Positions 27,759 to 36,598 of a stretch of 64,000 bases of DNA are shown here, piece after piece (the stretch's first letter is position 1; every line of letters starts with the position of its first letter). A program made the position numbers and the translations under genes. The notes under the pieces are model-generated. The model ran no database searches. It was not told where the DNA came from and was given only the letters and a program-made list of their open reading frames with translations. This DNA comes from a virus. The DNA lies in IMG/VR virus record IMGVR_UViG_3300031885_000004, positions 17,510-81,509 of that record; one strand, written 5' to 3'.

Positions 27759-30700
27759 CGTGGAAGGAACTGAAAAGATTGGCGGCCAACACCCTCGCCA
27801 CGAGGTTTAAGGGTAGAACTACAGAATATACCGGAAGGTTAAGATATGAATTAGACCAAATAGAGTTACAGGGTGCTGAGGATTATTGGATTGACCTATA
27901 TGATAGTAAAAGAACGTTCGACACCAACCATAATGGGTTGGTATTTCCACTGCTTCTTGGGATAACCAGCATCAACCCAATAGAACGCAGCATACCACAT
28001 AATATTGTATATCAACCAGATTATCCAGACATTGATACTGACTTCCTACCGATAGCACGCGATCATATTAAAAAATATGCATCAAAACAATATGGTGAGG
28101 ATCGCGTATGTAGTGTTGGGTTGTGGCAGACATATAAACCAAAGTTGGCGATAACAGACGTGTGTAGGGTAATGAAGATTGACCCAACAGAAGCGCAGAG
28201 GCTTACTAAAGAACTACCAGATGAATTCGACGATATGGATTTTGAAGCGGCATGTAATGCCTACCCGAATTTTAAGACATTTGCGGACAATAACGACAGC
28301 GTAATCAAAATGTCGTATAGGCTAGTGAAATTAATTAGGTCCCAAGGAAGACATGCAGGTGGGTTAATAATATCAAGCGTACCAGTACGTGATTATATTC
28401 CTCTTACTAAAAGCCCATCTGGACCAAAAGGGCAATGGACATCGGCGTGGACGGAAGGCAAAAGCACTCAACTGTCAAAATTTGGATTTATAAAATTTGA
28501 CATACTTGGCTTAACCAACCTTTTGCATATATGGATATGCAAACAGTTTATAAAGAAAAATCGCGGAGTTATAATCGATTGGGGCGATATGGACCCCGAG
28601 GTTGATAGGGCCGGGTGGGAAATATTGCCGGATGGCACCAAGAGCGCCATAAGTTTTAAGGACGACCTAGCGTTAGATATGGCCGATAAGAGAAGAGTAG
28701 AGACCATATTCCAATTTGAAACAGATCTCGCTAAAAGCATAATCCAAAAGGGGCATGGTGTAAAAAGTTTCTATGACATGGTTATTTATACGTCTCTTGG
28801 TAGACCAGGACCTTTACCGCTGGTCAACGATTATGTTGCAAGAAGAGACGCCAAAAATGATGATTGGAAAACCAAAGAGGACCCTAAAATAGTAGAAATT
28901 TTATCAGACACTTACGGGATTATAGTTTTTCAGGAGCAACTAAGCAAGTTCTTCATCAAAATATGTGGATTCACAGTACCAGAAGCCGAAGCCGCGAGAA
29001 AGGCTGTAGCTAAGAAGTGGGCCGATCAACTAAAAAAGATCAAAGACAAGATGATTGCTGGGGCTACCAAAACAATCGGGCACGATAAGGCGGTTGAGTG
29101 GTGGGGTAAAATAGAGTCATTTGCTAGATATTGCTTCAATGCCTGCCTAGACGGCGACACGACCATTGTCAATCCAATAACATTAGAAAGGACGACGATA
29201 GAACAATTATATCTAAATCCAAAGCCGTTCAAGCTGTTGTCATTTAATAATGGTGAACTAGTAGCCGACGATGTGGTCAATATACACTACAATGGCATGC
29301 TGCCAATATATCAAGTTATGTTTAGTAATGGGCTTACGCAGAACGTGACTATTGGCCATAAATTTATGAATGTTTATGGCAACATGGAAACTGTTAAGTC
29401 TCTCTTGAAGACCGGTCATGCAATCAAATATATAAGTGATAGCATGACTGGAGGAGAATATGTTTCACAAGCTAAATCTGCAAATAGAGAAAGAAGTGGT
29501 AAGGATGTACCAGGAGGGTGCATCATACAAAGAAATAAAAAACGACATAAGAGCATTTTCATCGGACGGAACGATAAGGAGAATAATAAAAAAGCATGGC
29601 GTACAGAGATCATTTATAACTCAAGCATCCAACAGTGTGAACCATTATTACTTTTCGAAGATAGATTCGCCAGAAAAGGCATATTGGATCGGGATGTTGA
29701 TAGCAGATGGGTACGTTCACAACGGGAGGGGATATGTAAGTTTGCAGCTCAATTCGAAAGATCAATTGCTGGTGGAGCAATTTGGCCAAGATATAAAAAC
29801 ACCAAGGAAGATGGTAATCTGCAAGAAACAGCGTGCTGGTCCGCAATCGAGGATATCAGCCAGCAGCAGGATGTTATTAGCGGACCTAAGCAAATATGGT
29901 GTGATTCAGGGAAAAGAAGGACGGGAGATAATGCCACGCATGCGGTTTATTTCCCATCTTCTGAGAGGGCTTATGGATGGAGACGGAACGATTATCGTAA
30001 ATGGCAAGGGATATCCTATGGTAAAATTTTGCGGATCTCCGAAAGTAGTAAAAGGATTCAGGGACGCGATAATCAAGCACTGCAGGGTAAGAGTGAGCAA
30101 GATAACAGAATATTCAGAGAGGATGAACGCTGTGGCGTGGTCTGGCCTAAAACAGTGCAAACCGATCCTGAGATATCTCTACAGGGGGGCAACGAGATTC
30201 TTGGTAAGGAAGCAAATCGTAGCGGATGCTATATTAAGAGCATCAGATATATCGGAGTTAAGAGGACATATTCGCCAGAGATGAGATCTATTCAGCACAA
30301 TTACATAACCTCACCACAGGATGGTCAACCAATACAAGCAAATTCACATGCAATGGCTTATATAGTTATTACATTTAGGTGTTTGTGGTTGAAAGCCCAC
30401 TATCCAACAGAATGGTGGGCATCGGTCATGACGAATTGCAAACGCGAAAAGTTGGTTAAGTATATGGGAATCGCTAGATCTGAGGGAGTGAAATTCGGCT
30501 CCCTTGACTACAACCAGCTTAGCCAGACTTTCTCGGTCAGCGGGGATACAATTACTTTGGGGTTAGAAAGCATTAAAGGCATTGGCGATAAAGCTGCATT
30601 AAAAGCGCAAGGCGACCGCGATTGCACCAGTTTTGATGAATTTGTGTCACAAGCATCGAAGAACAAAATAATATTTGAGCGGTTAATTAAACTCGGCGCA

Positions 30701-31342
30701 TTTGATAAATTACACCCAAATAGGAAAGCATTATGGAACTGGTATCTTTATAAATATGGATCTGGGAATGACACCAAGATCGTTAAAGAAGAAGTGGCGG
30801 CCAAATTAGCGTGGAGCGATGAGAATATTGCTAAAGAGAGGCTGAGACAGACTAAAGAATTTCTAGCCAATTATCCTAGGAAAAAGAAGATACCAGCTCA
30901 TATAGAAAAATGGAAACCGAAAAACAATCCGACAATCCAACAATTCGAAGAAATGTTCGGAGATTTTTCATATGAGGAAAGGCTAAAATTTGAAAAGGAA
31001 TATCTTGGATATTATTGGAGCTCGCCTCTTGGTATATATAATTGCGCCAACCAAACTATAGATGATGCTAGATCTACTGGGATTCTTGAGGCGGTGATTG
31101 ATAGCATTGATACTAGGAGAGGCAAAAACGGAGCATTTAAACAATTAAATGTCACAGATGGTATTGAAATTGCCAAAGTAATGGTGTGGCCCGATGAACT
31201 TGCTATCAATGACGAGAATATATTCAAGGAAGGCATGGGAGTTAGAATGAGAGTATCTTGGAAAGAAGAATATTTGAGCTTTAACGTTAGATCAGGCTCA
31301 ATTGTATTGCCACTGGAGAAGAAGAATGCTGCTCCAATCTAA
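27755..31342 (+). CDS. dnaE: DNA polymerase III alpha catalytic part, intein-containing
   Basis: YPDIDTDF, GRHAGG, KFDILGL, FQFE, RPGP, FQEQ, YCFNA-[intein]-SHAMAY, LKAHYP, GLESIKGIG, EKEYLGYY. Confidence 0.95.
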   Translation: MTWKELKRLAANTLATRFKGRTTEYTGRLRYELDQIELQGAEDYWIDLYDSKRTFDTNHNGLVFPLLLGITSINPIERSIPHNIVYQPDYPDIDTDFLPIARDHIKKYASKQYGEDRVCSVGLWQTYKPKLAITDVCRVMKIDPTEAQRLTKELPDEFDDMDFEAACNAYPNFKTFADNNDSVIKMSYRLVKLIRSQGRHAGGLIISSVPVRDYIPLTKSPSGPKGQWTSAWTEGKSTQLSKFGFIKFDILGLTNLLHIWICKQFIKKNRGVIIDWGDMDPEVDRAGWEILPDGTKSAISFKDDLALDMADKRRVETIFQFETDLAKSIIQKGHGVKSFYDMVIYTSLGRPGPLPLVNDYVARRDAKNDDWKTKEDPKIVEILSDTYGIIVFQEQLSKFFIKICGFTVPEAEAARKAVAKKWADQLKKIKDKMIAGATKTIGHDKAVEWWGKIESFARYCFNACLDGDTTIVNPITLERTTIEQLYLNPKPFKLLSFNNGELVADDVVNIHYNGMLPIYQVMFSNGLTQNVTIGHKFMNVYGNMETVKSLLKTGHAIKYISDSMTGGEYVSQAKSANRERSGKDVPGGCIIQRNKKRHKSIFIGRNDKENNKKAWRTEIIYNSSIQQCEPLLLFEDRFARKGILDRDVDSRWVRSQREGICKFAAQFERSIAGGAIWPRYKNTKEDGNLQETACWSAIEDISQQQDVISGPKQIWCDSGKRRTGDNATHAVYFPSSERAYGWRRNDYRKWQGISYGKILRISESSKRIQGRDNQALQGKSEQDNRIFREDERCGVVWPKTVQTDPEISLQGGNEILGKEANRSGCYIKSIRYIGVKRTYSPEMRSIQHNYITSPQDGQPIQANSHAMAYIVITFRCLWLKAHYPTEWWASVMTNCKREKLVKYMGIARSEGVKFGSLDYNQLSQTFSVSGDTITLGLESIKGIGDKAALKAQGDRDCTSFDEFVSQASKNKIIFERLIKLGAFDKLHPNRKALWNWYLYKYGSGNDTKIVKEEVAAKLAWSDENIAKERLRQTKEFLANYPRKKKIPAHIEKWKPKNNPTIQQFEEMFGDFSYEERLKFEKEYLGYYWSSPLGIYNCANQTIDDARSTGILEAVIDSIDTRRGKNGAFKQLNVTDGIEIAKVMVWPDELAINDENIFKEGMGVRMRVSWKEEYLSFNVRSGSIVLPLEKKNAAPI
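29144..30343 (+). mobile_element. Intein (400 aa) in DnaE
   Basis: Starts CLDGDT; block B TIGHKF; block F YSPEMRSIQHNYI; ends QAN|S. Removal restores YCFNASHA. Confidence 0.9.
29460..30284 (+). CDS. LAGLIDADG homing endonuclease nested in the +1 frame inside the intein
   Basis: N-terminal HTH; KAYWIGMLIADG and LLRGLMDGDG motifs; GGAGGAG SD at 29450; CAAATATA at 29425. Confidence 0.9.
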   Translation: MFHKLNLQIEKEVVRMYQEGASYKEIKNDIRAFSSDGTIRRIIKKHGVQRSFITQASNSVNHYYFSKIDSPEKAYWIGMLIADGYVHNGRGYVSLQLNSKDQLLVEQFGQDIKTPRKMVICKKQRAGPQSRISASSRMLLADLSKYGVIQGKEGREIMPRMRFISHLLRGLMDGDGTIIVNGKGYPMVKFCGSPKVVKGFRDAIIKHCRVRVSKITEYSERMNAVAWSGLKQCKPILRYLYRGATRFLVRKQIVADAILRASDISELRGHIRQR

Positions 31343-31754
31343 AGACGGCATCAGATGCGATATTTGCGGTATGGTTCTGAAAAATGAGTTTATATATTAT
31401 TCAGAAGAGTGGAGAGCAATCGAAGTAAATAATGTTGGACAATCAGTAAGGCCAGGAGGCTTGATTGGATCATTCGACATTTGTCCATCGTGCTATAGCA
31501 GCAGATTGGAAAGTTGTAAAAAGAACATCAATAAATTCAAAGCTGGTAGTATTAAATGTGATTTATGCCCGCTATATATAAGCGGCAGCAAGTTTGTATA
31601 TTTTAGGGTTATGGTTGATAAAGCCGATGTTAGTTCGGATGGACATGCGGGTGTTGAAAGAAAATTCATGGATTTTAATGTGTGTTTATCTTGCAAAAAC
31701 CAGGTTTTTGCTAAGATGGAGCAAACTAAGAGTAAAGGAGGAGATTGGTCATGA
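31326..31754 (+). CDS. Cys-rich (two Zn-finger) hypothetical protein
   Basis: CDIC, CPSC, CDLC, CLSC. Confidence 0.7.
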   Translation: MLLQSKDGIRCDICGMVLKNEFIYYSEEWRAIEVNNVGQSVRPGGLIGSFDICPSCYSSRLESCKKNINKFKAGSIKCDLCPLYISGSKFVYFRVMVDKADVSSDGHAGVERKFMDFNVCLSCKNQVFAKMEQTKSKGGDWS

Positions 31755-32284
31755 GCGAGAAGAAGAAAGTTAATATGTCTGATAAAACTGTTCTAGCGTA
31801 TAGTTTACGCCACGTATTTGTTAATGGCGCTGAAGTTGAATCTAGACCAGTACAGTGGGATGGGAAAGATTACGATGGCCAAGGACATGACGAGTCAGGT
31901 AGAGGCGTATTGCCAATTGCATATATAACAACATGCCCAGAATGTGGTAATTTGATCCAATTTGGCGCGTCAGACATTGTGATTAAAGATGGTAAAGATA
32001 TAGTAGTATGTCAGCGGTGCCTATCGCCTGGTAATAGTGGCAGACCAAAGCTTGGACCGCCGAATACCAAACTTCAGAATACGATGCCAAAATCGTCTGA
32101 AGCCAAGTCAATTGAAACATCGAAGATCATTGAGGCACCAAAGGCAGTTGAGGCACCAAAGGCAGTTGAGGCGCCAAAGGCAGTTGAGGCACCAAAGGCA
32201 GTTGAGGCACCAAAGGCAGAACCAAAGCCTGACTTATCTGAATTTAGTGACCCGATCAAATCTGGGGCGATGAAACTTGACTGA
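31745..32284 (+). CDS. Zn-ribbon protein with EAPKAV repeats
   Basis: CPEC, CQRC; about five 18-bp repeats at 32131-32219. Confidence 0.7.
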   Translation: MVMSEKKKVNMSDKTVLAYSLRHVFVNGAEVESRPVQWDGKDYDGQGHDESGRGVLPIAYITTCPECGNLIQFGASDIVIKDGKDIVVCQRCLSPGNSGRPKLGPPNTKLQNTMPKSSEAKSIETSKIIEAPKAVEAPKAVEAPKAVEAPKAVEAPKAEPKPDLSEFSDPIKSGAMKLD

Positions 32285-33173
32285 TATTATCTTAGGGAGT
32301 GGGTTGAATGGACTTCTCGCTCACTTAATATTGGGCGAGCAGAGTAAATTTATTGCATATAAAAAATCTCGTTTTTTCTCACATCAGATCCCGATATCTG
32401 ACAACCACATCGAAGCAAGCGAAGACGGCCCAAGATTGGCCACACTTATTGGCCTCCCATTACGCAAGAAATATTTCCCAGTAGCAGTGTCATATCGCGG
32501 CGAGCTAATATTCAATAAAAGAACGTGGGCGTCGACCATTGTCGATAAAGTTTTTCAAAGCCATCCAGCTGCCTATAATATGCTATGTAGAGACTTTAAC
32601 GTCTATGAATTGACTGCTAAATCATTGTACGATTTATTGATCTCAAAATATCAAGATGAAATATTAAAGTCTCCACCACAAATCATCAGAATATTAGATA
32701 AACGCGTTATTACATCGGATGGCACAGAAATATCATACGATAGAATAATTAGTACAATTCCATTAAACGCGTTACTCGAATTGGTTGGTGACGACTCAGT
32801 TCTAAAATCACTTGACTATCATGTCTTTTTGATGGCGACTGACGTTTTCAACTTAGAGGGCGCACAAAGATGTTATATAGGTGACGTAGCCATTCCTTTT
32901 TGGAAGGTTAATGTTTTAAATAATAATTTATATCAATTTTTTGCCAATAGCGAAGTATCTAATGCCGAAAAGGTCTTTTCTTTATTAGCTAAAGATAGGT
33001 TTAGAATAATATCGAACACAATTATAAAAGAGGCATTTCCAGACGGCGCACCCCCAATTGAAATAATTAAGAAATTAGAATCAAAATCAATATTCTGTAT
33101 TGGCAGCAATGCTAGGTGGGACTACTTTTTTGATATAGCATCTAGTATAAGTAAACTATTTTCACTAAAATGA
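32277..33173 (+). CDS. FAD-dependent oxidoreductase-like protein (UGM/PPO-like fold)
   Basis: ILGSGLNG, YDRIISTIPL, IGSNARWDY. Confidence 0.6.
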   Translation: MTDIILGSGLNGLLAHLILGEQSKFIAYKKSRFFSHQIPISDNHIEASEDGPRLATLIGLPLRKKYFPVAVSYRGELIFNKRTWASTIVDKVFQSHPAAYNMLCRDFNVYELTAKSLYDLLISKYQDEILKSPPQIIRILDKRVITSDGTEISYDRIISTIPLNALLELVGDDSVLKSLDYHVFLMATDVFNLEGAQRCYIGDVAIPFWKVNVLNNNLYQFFANSEVSNAEKVFSLLAKDRFRIISNTIIKEAFPDGAPPIEIIKKLESKSIFCIGSNARWDYFFDIASSISKLFSLK

Positions 33174-33853
33174 TGTATGATTATGAAGAAGATAGGATGG
33201 AAAGGGAAAGAGCTCATTTTGATTGGATTCCCATGAATGATGCTAGAATGACGATGCTCAGGTCGCTACGTGACACATGCAAGGATTGCGTCTTATGTCA
33301 ACTTGGGCGCGGGCATCAGGTGGCGCATAAAGAAAGTATAGATCCGCACGTTTTTAGCACCATGGTGCCAAGTAAGTTCATGGTGATCGGGCAGAACCCC
33401 GGCTTTGAAGAATGCAAGCAGGATCAACCGTTCGTTGGCGATGCTGGTAAAAAGTTTAACCAAGAAATTGAAAAATATGGCCTAACGAGAAATGATTTTT
33501 ATATCACCAATATAGTAAAATGTTATACGCCAGACAATCGTAAGCCAGAACCGGGCGAAGTAGATAAATGTAAGTTATTCTTGCTCATGGAGCTAGAAAT
33601 TATAAGCCCTCAATTTGTGATTACGCTTGGTGCAGTTCCTTTTGAAATATTGTGCCCAGACGCTTTATACGCTAAGGCACTTGGTAAATTCACATACTCA
33701 GAATTGATCAAAAAGAAGGTATATGCAATATATCATCCGTCGCCTAGAAATATGATAGTAGAAGAAAGAAAAGAAAGATTTGATAGATGCGTCGAATTGC
33801 TGTGTTTAATGATGAAAAATCTTAAGCAAACGGGGCAAGTGAGTAACACGTAA
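33170..33853 (+). CDS. Uracil-DNA glycosylase family 4
   Basis: CxxCxL, GQNPG..E, PFVG.AG, NIVKC, HPSP. Confidence 0.93.
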   Translation: MMYDYEEDRMERERAHFDWIPMNDARMTMLRSLRDTCKDCVLCQLGRGHQVAHKESIDPHVFSTMVPSKFMVIGQNPGFEECKQDQPFVGDAGKKFNQEIEKYGLTRNDFYITNIVKCYTPDNRKPEPGEVDKCKLFLLMELEIISPQFVITLGAVPFEILCPDALYAKALGKFTYSELIKKKVYAIYHPSPRNMIVEERKERFDRCVELLCLMMKNLKQTGQVSNT

Positions 33854-34235
33854 CGTTCTTAATGTGGCGTTTAGTTAACGTCCATTTGTCTTCTTTAGTT
33901 GTTCTAAGATATTGTTTGAATTTTTGCATCAACGGCGATAATTCTTTATCGTCACAAGATATGGCAGACGTCAGATCATTTTTGGGTACGTACCTCGGTG
34001 GAGTCTCGCCACGTGCGCTATCGAGTATCTTGAAAATGATGTCGAGCTTGCCCTCCCATTTGCGCTGTGCAGTTTCTTTCTTGTTAATCGGCTGCGGTCT
34101 TAGACCATCCAATTGGCCTTTTAGTTTAATTTGGATATCATTTGATAACATTGATTGCCTTTCTATTTCTAATTTTAGGGTTTCATCTAAACCTATTTCA
34201 ATTATTTCAACCTTTGATGGTCGATTGTCATCCAT
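33822..34235 (-). CDS. Hypothetical protein
   Basis: GGAG SD within a palindrome shared with the divergent gene. Confidence 0.6.
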   Translation of the reverse strand: MDDNRPSKVEIIEIGLDETLKLEIERQSMLSNDIQIKLKGQLDGLRPQPINKKETAQRKWEGKLDIIFKILDSARGETPPRYVPKNDLTSAISCDDKELSPLMQKFKQYLRTTKEDKWTLTKRHIKNVTCYSLAPFA

Positions 34236-34246
34236 TGGAGAACTCC

Positions 34247-34993
34247 ATGAACCTATTAAATAGATGCGCCATCTGTGATTCGGCAACTAATTTAAATACC
34301 AAGATGACTGTTACCATCGATAGTATTGAATATAATGTAGCAATATGCTCAGACCATGAGGATTCATCTCCCAAGAAAATAAAAGCAGCTATTTCAAAGC
34401 AGATCGATGAGATCAGCAAAGCCAGAGAAGTGGCCCAAAAGTATGGTCTAATACTAATCGAGCCAACCAAAGTAGCCGCAATAACTCCAGCTGCTCCGGC
34501 TCCAGCTGCTCCGGCTCCAGCTGCTCAAATACAACCACATAAATTGCCATCTGGACTTAGAGCTCAAAAAGTGGGTTCTAGAAATCAAATTACCGCAAAA
34601 ACTGCGGTTGCCGAACCAGAGCCAATCATTCTTCCGTCATCTGACGCTCCCAGTGACGCTGAAAAACACGACAATTATAACTTACCAAAAGCCACATTAA
34701 GAGAGACAGTAAAAGACCAACAGAAATTGACTACTCCGTCGCGTGGGTCTATTATCTTACCCAAAAAAATTATAGATAATGAAGGTGGGCAGACAGATAT
34801 CAAGATAGTTAACTCGGGCGGTGATCTTGCACTACAGACAAGGTTTAAACAACTAGCAGAAACTAGCAAAAGCAAACCACCAGACTTAATAAGAGGTGGT
34901 TATCTGGTGCACAATTGTAACTCTTGTGGTGGCACTGGCAAATTAAAGGGCAGTGCGTGTATAGCGTGCGGTGGCGAGGGTATTGTTCCTTAG
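34247..34993 (+). CDS. Hypothetical protein with N-terminal Zn finger and C-terminal DnaJ-type CxxCxGxG
   Basis: CAIC..CSDH; CNSCGGTG..CIACGGEG. Confidence 0.75.
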   Translation: MNLLNRCAICDSATNLNTKMTVTIDSIEYNVAICSDHEDSSPKKIKAAISKQIDEISKAREVAQKYGLILIEPTKVAAITPAAPAPAAPAPAAQIQPHKLPSGLRAQKVGSRNQITAKTAVAEPEPIILPSSDAPSDAEKHDNYNLPKATLRETVKDQQKLTTPSRGSIILPKKIIDNEGGQTDIKIVNSGGDLALQTRFKQLAETSKSKPPDLIRGGYLVHNCNSCGGTGKLKGSACIACGGEGIVP

Positions 34994-35271
34994 TGGTGTG
35001 AATATAAATTATATGGTCTGACTATTGCCCCGCTTGGTGTGAATGACTTAATATTACTCCACGATTGGTCGGGATACCCTATCTTTCCAGCAGTGCCAGG
35101 AGATGGCGCATTAAAGAATTTTCTGTGTTCTGGCTTTAGCGGCGTGTCTTGATTGCCGCTCCTTGACGACAATGGTTGCCCAGTTAGTTCTGGTCTATTC
35201 GGGTCTTGTTGTTTTAGAAATTGCCCCTTATAGGCGATTAACCCCATATTATACAAATAATCAAGCTTCAT
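34990..35271 (-). CDS. Hypothetical protein (MKL start)
   Basis: ORF within the minus-strand run. Confidence 0.6.
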   Translation of the reverse strand: MKLDYLYNMGLIAYKGQFLKQQDPNRPELTGQPLSSRSGNQDTPLKPEHRKFFNAPSPGTAGKIGYPDQSWSNIKSFTPSGAIVRPYNLYSHH

Positions 35272-35584
35272 TTAGTGATACCGCAGCCAAAAACCCGGTA
35301 TTCCATTTGTGAAATGATAAGTCCGACACATTTAATTTATTTTGCTTAATAATATCACCAATTAATGTTTTCAGTTCTTCTGATTTTTGCGCATCGTCAG
35401 CGATATCTGGCTTGTCGGGGCCGAGTGGACGCATTAATATTACTAATGTATTTCCGTTGCCCATTCCGTAAGCATTTGAAAATATTGGATCCCATTCAGA
35501 AATACCACCAATGTTGATGCGTTCGAGCTGATATCGTAGGCGGTTTGATAATGAACCCAACAATTTCTCATTGAGGATAGGCAT
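35261..35584 (-). CDS. Hypothetical protein
   Basis: Coupled to the upstream gene. Confidence 0.65.
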   Translation of the reverse strand: MPILNEKLLGSLSNRLRYQLERINIGGISEWDPIFSNAYGMGNGNTLVILMRPLGPDKPDIADDAQKSEELKTLIGDIIKQNKLNVSDLSFHKWNTGFLAAVSLNEA

Positions 35585-36289
35585 TTATTCGCGGATTTCC
35601 TTATCTATTGCCGACCATAAATCATCGTCGTTTATCCCAAGTTTCTCATATACATTATTTATCGATTCACTAGTCTCTTCGTTAATAGCACGCACCGCCG
35701 ATATCTTTTGATCTTGATCTGCCGTCACTTTATATGTAACCTTCCAGATTCCACTTGTGGTGTTTACGTTAACTGAATCTTCAAATGCTTCCATATAGAT
35801 CCCACCCTTACCGCCCCTATCGCCTTCGGGTGCTGGCCCACCACCAGTGAATGGCTTAGAAGTTTGCGGCTTTCTATTATCCGCATGGCTTGTCATGTCG
35901 GCAATCTCATCCATATTTGGATTCCATCCAGCGTCTTGCTCTGACGGCTTTGATGGAGATAGTTCATTGACCATTGCGTCGAGGTATTTCAAAGCCTGAA
36001 GTCGTTCCTCCATTGGAACGGCTCTAGCTGACATCTCTTTCTCGAAAGATAATTTGAAAGTTGGGTTGTCAATGTACTTATGACTGTGTACTGCAAAGAA
36101 CGCGGACGTTAGGGAGTCGGCAAACGGCGATTCAGCTGCTTTTAGCGCGAATGCGTCGTCTATACCCTCCCACCTAAATTGCGACGTATGTGAGGTTTCA
36201 TTATGAATAGGAACTCCGAGGCGAGCATCTTGCTGCAGCATGGACGATATCGCCTCGAGCAGCATTTTTTCATTGGGATTAAGAGCCAT
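35585..36289 (-). CDS. Hypothetical protein
   Basis: GAGGAG SD; upstream TAAATATA. Confidence 0.75.
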   Translation of the reverse strand: MALNPNEKMLLEAISSMLQQDARLGVPIHNETSHTSQFRWEGIDDAFALKAAESPFADSLTSAFFAVHSHKYIDNPTFKLSFEKEMSARAVPMEERLQALKYLDAMVNELSPSKPSEQDAGWNPNMDEIADMTSHADNRKPQTSKPFTGGGPAPEGDRGGKGGIYMEAFEDSVNVNTTSGIWKVTYKVTADQDQKISAVRAINEETSESINNVYEKLGINDDDLWSAIDKEIRE

Positions 36290-36337
36290 AATAGTCTCCT
36301 CATTCTTTCTATATTTACATTTGATTAGGATCGAACA

Positions 36338-36598
36338 TTGCTTAAACAATTTGATATAGTACAAATTAAGTCAGCTAAGAATATTAAATTCTTATCTGGC
36401 CCACCAGGCAGACCAGCATCACCACAAGGCAACTGGTCTGTAATTGGTTTTATCGGCTCCGACGTATTAATATCCAAAGATGAGACAGTAGTTAGAACGC
36501 CACTTTCGGAGATAAGACTAATAGCGTCATACAACCCGAATGACTATATAAACCGTAAATTAACAAAGGAGGCTAAAAATGGCGAAGAAAAGAAATAA
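36338..36598 (+). CDS. Hypothetical protein
   Basis: ORF preceding recA. Confidence 0.55.
   Translation: MLKQFDIVQIKSAKNIKFLSGPPGRPASPQGNWSVIGFIGSDVLISKDETVVRTPLSEIRLIASYNPNDYINRKLTKEAKNGEEKK

Noticed and set aside
26560-27800. Split intein joining the two dnaE genes
   Set aside because: Gene 1 has no IntN (CL...) tail and gene 2 has no IntC (...HN|C/S) head.
29400-30300. Group I intron housing the LAGLIDADG ORF
   Set aside because: The host frame is open throughout, is bounded by complete intein blocks, and no intron core is recognisable.
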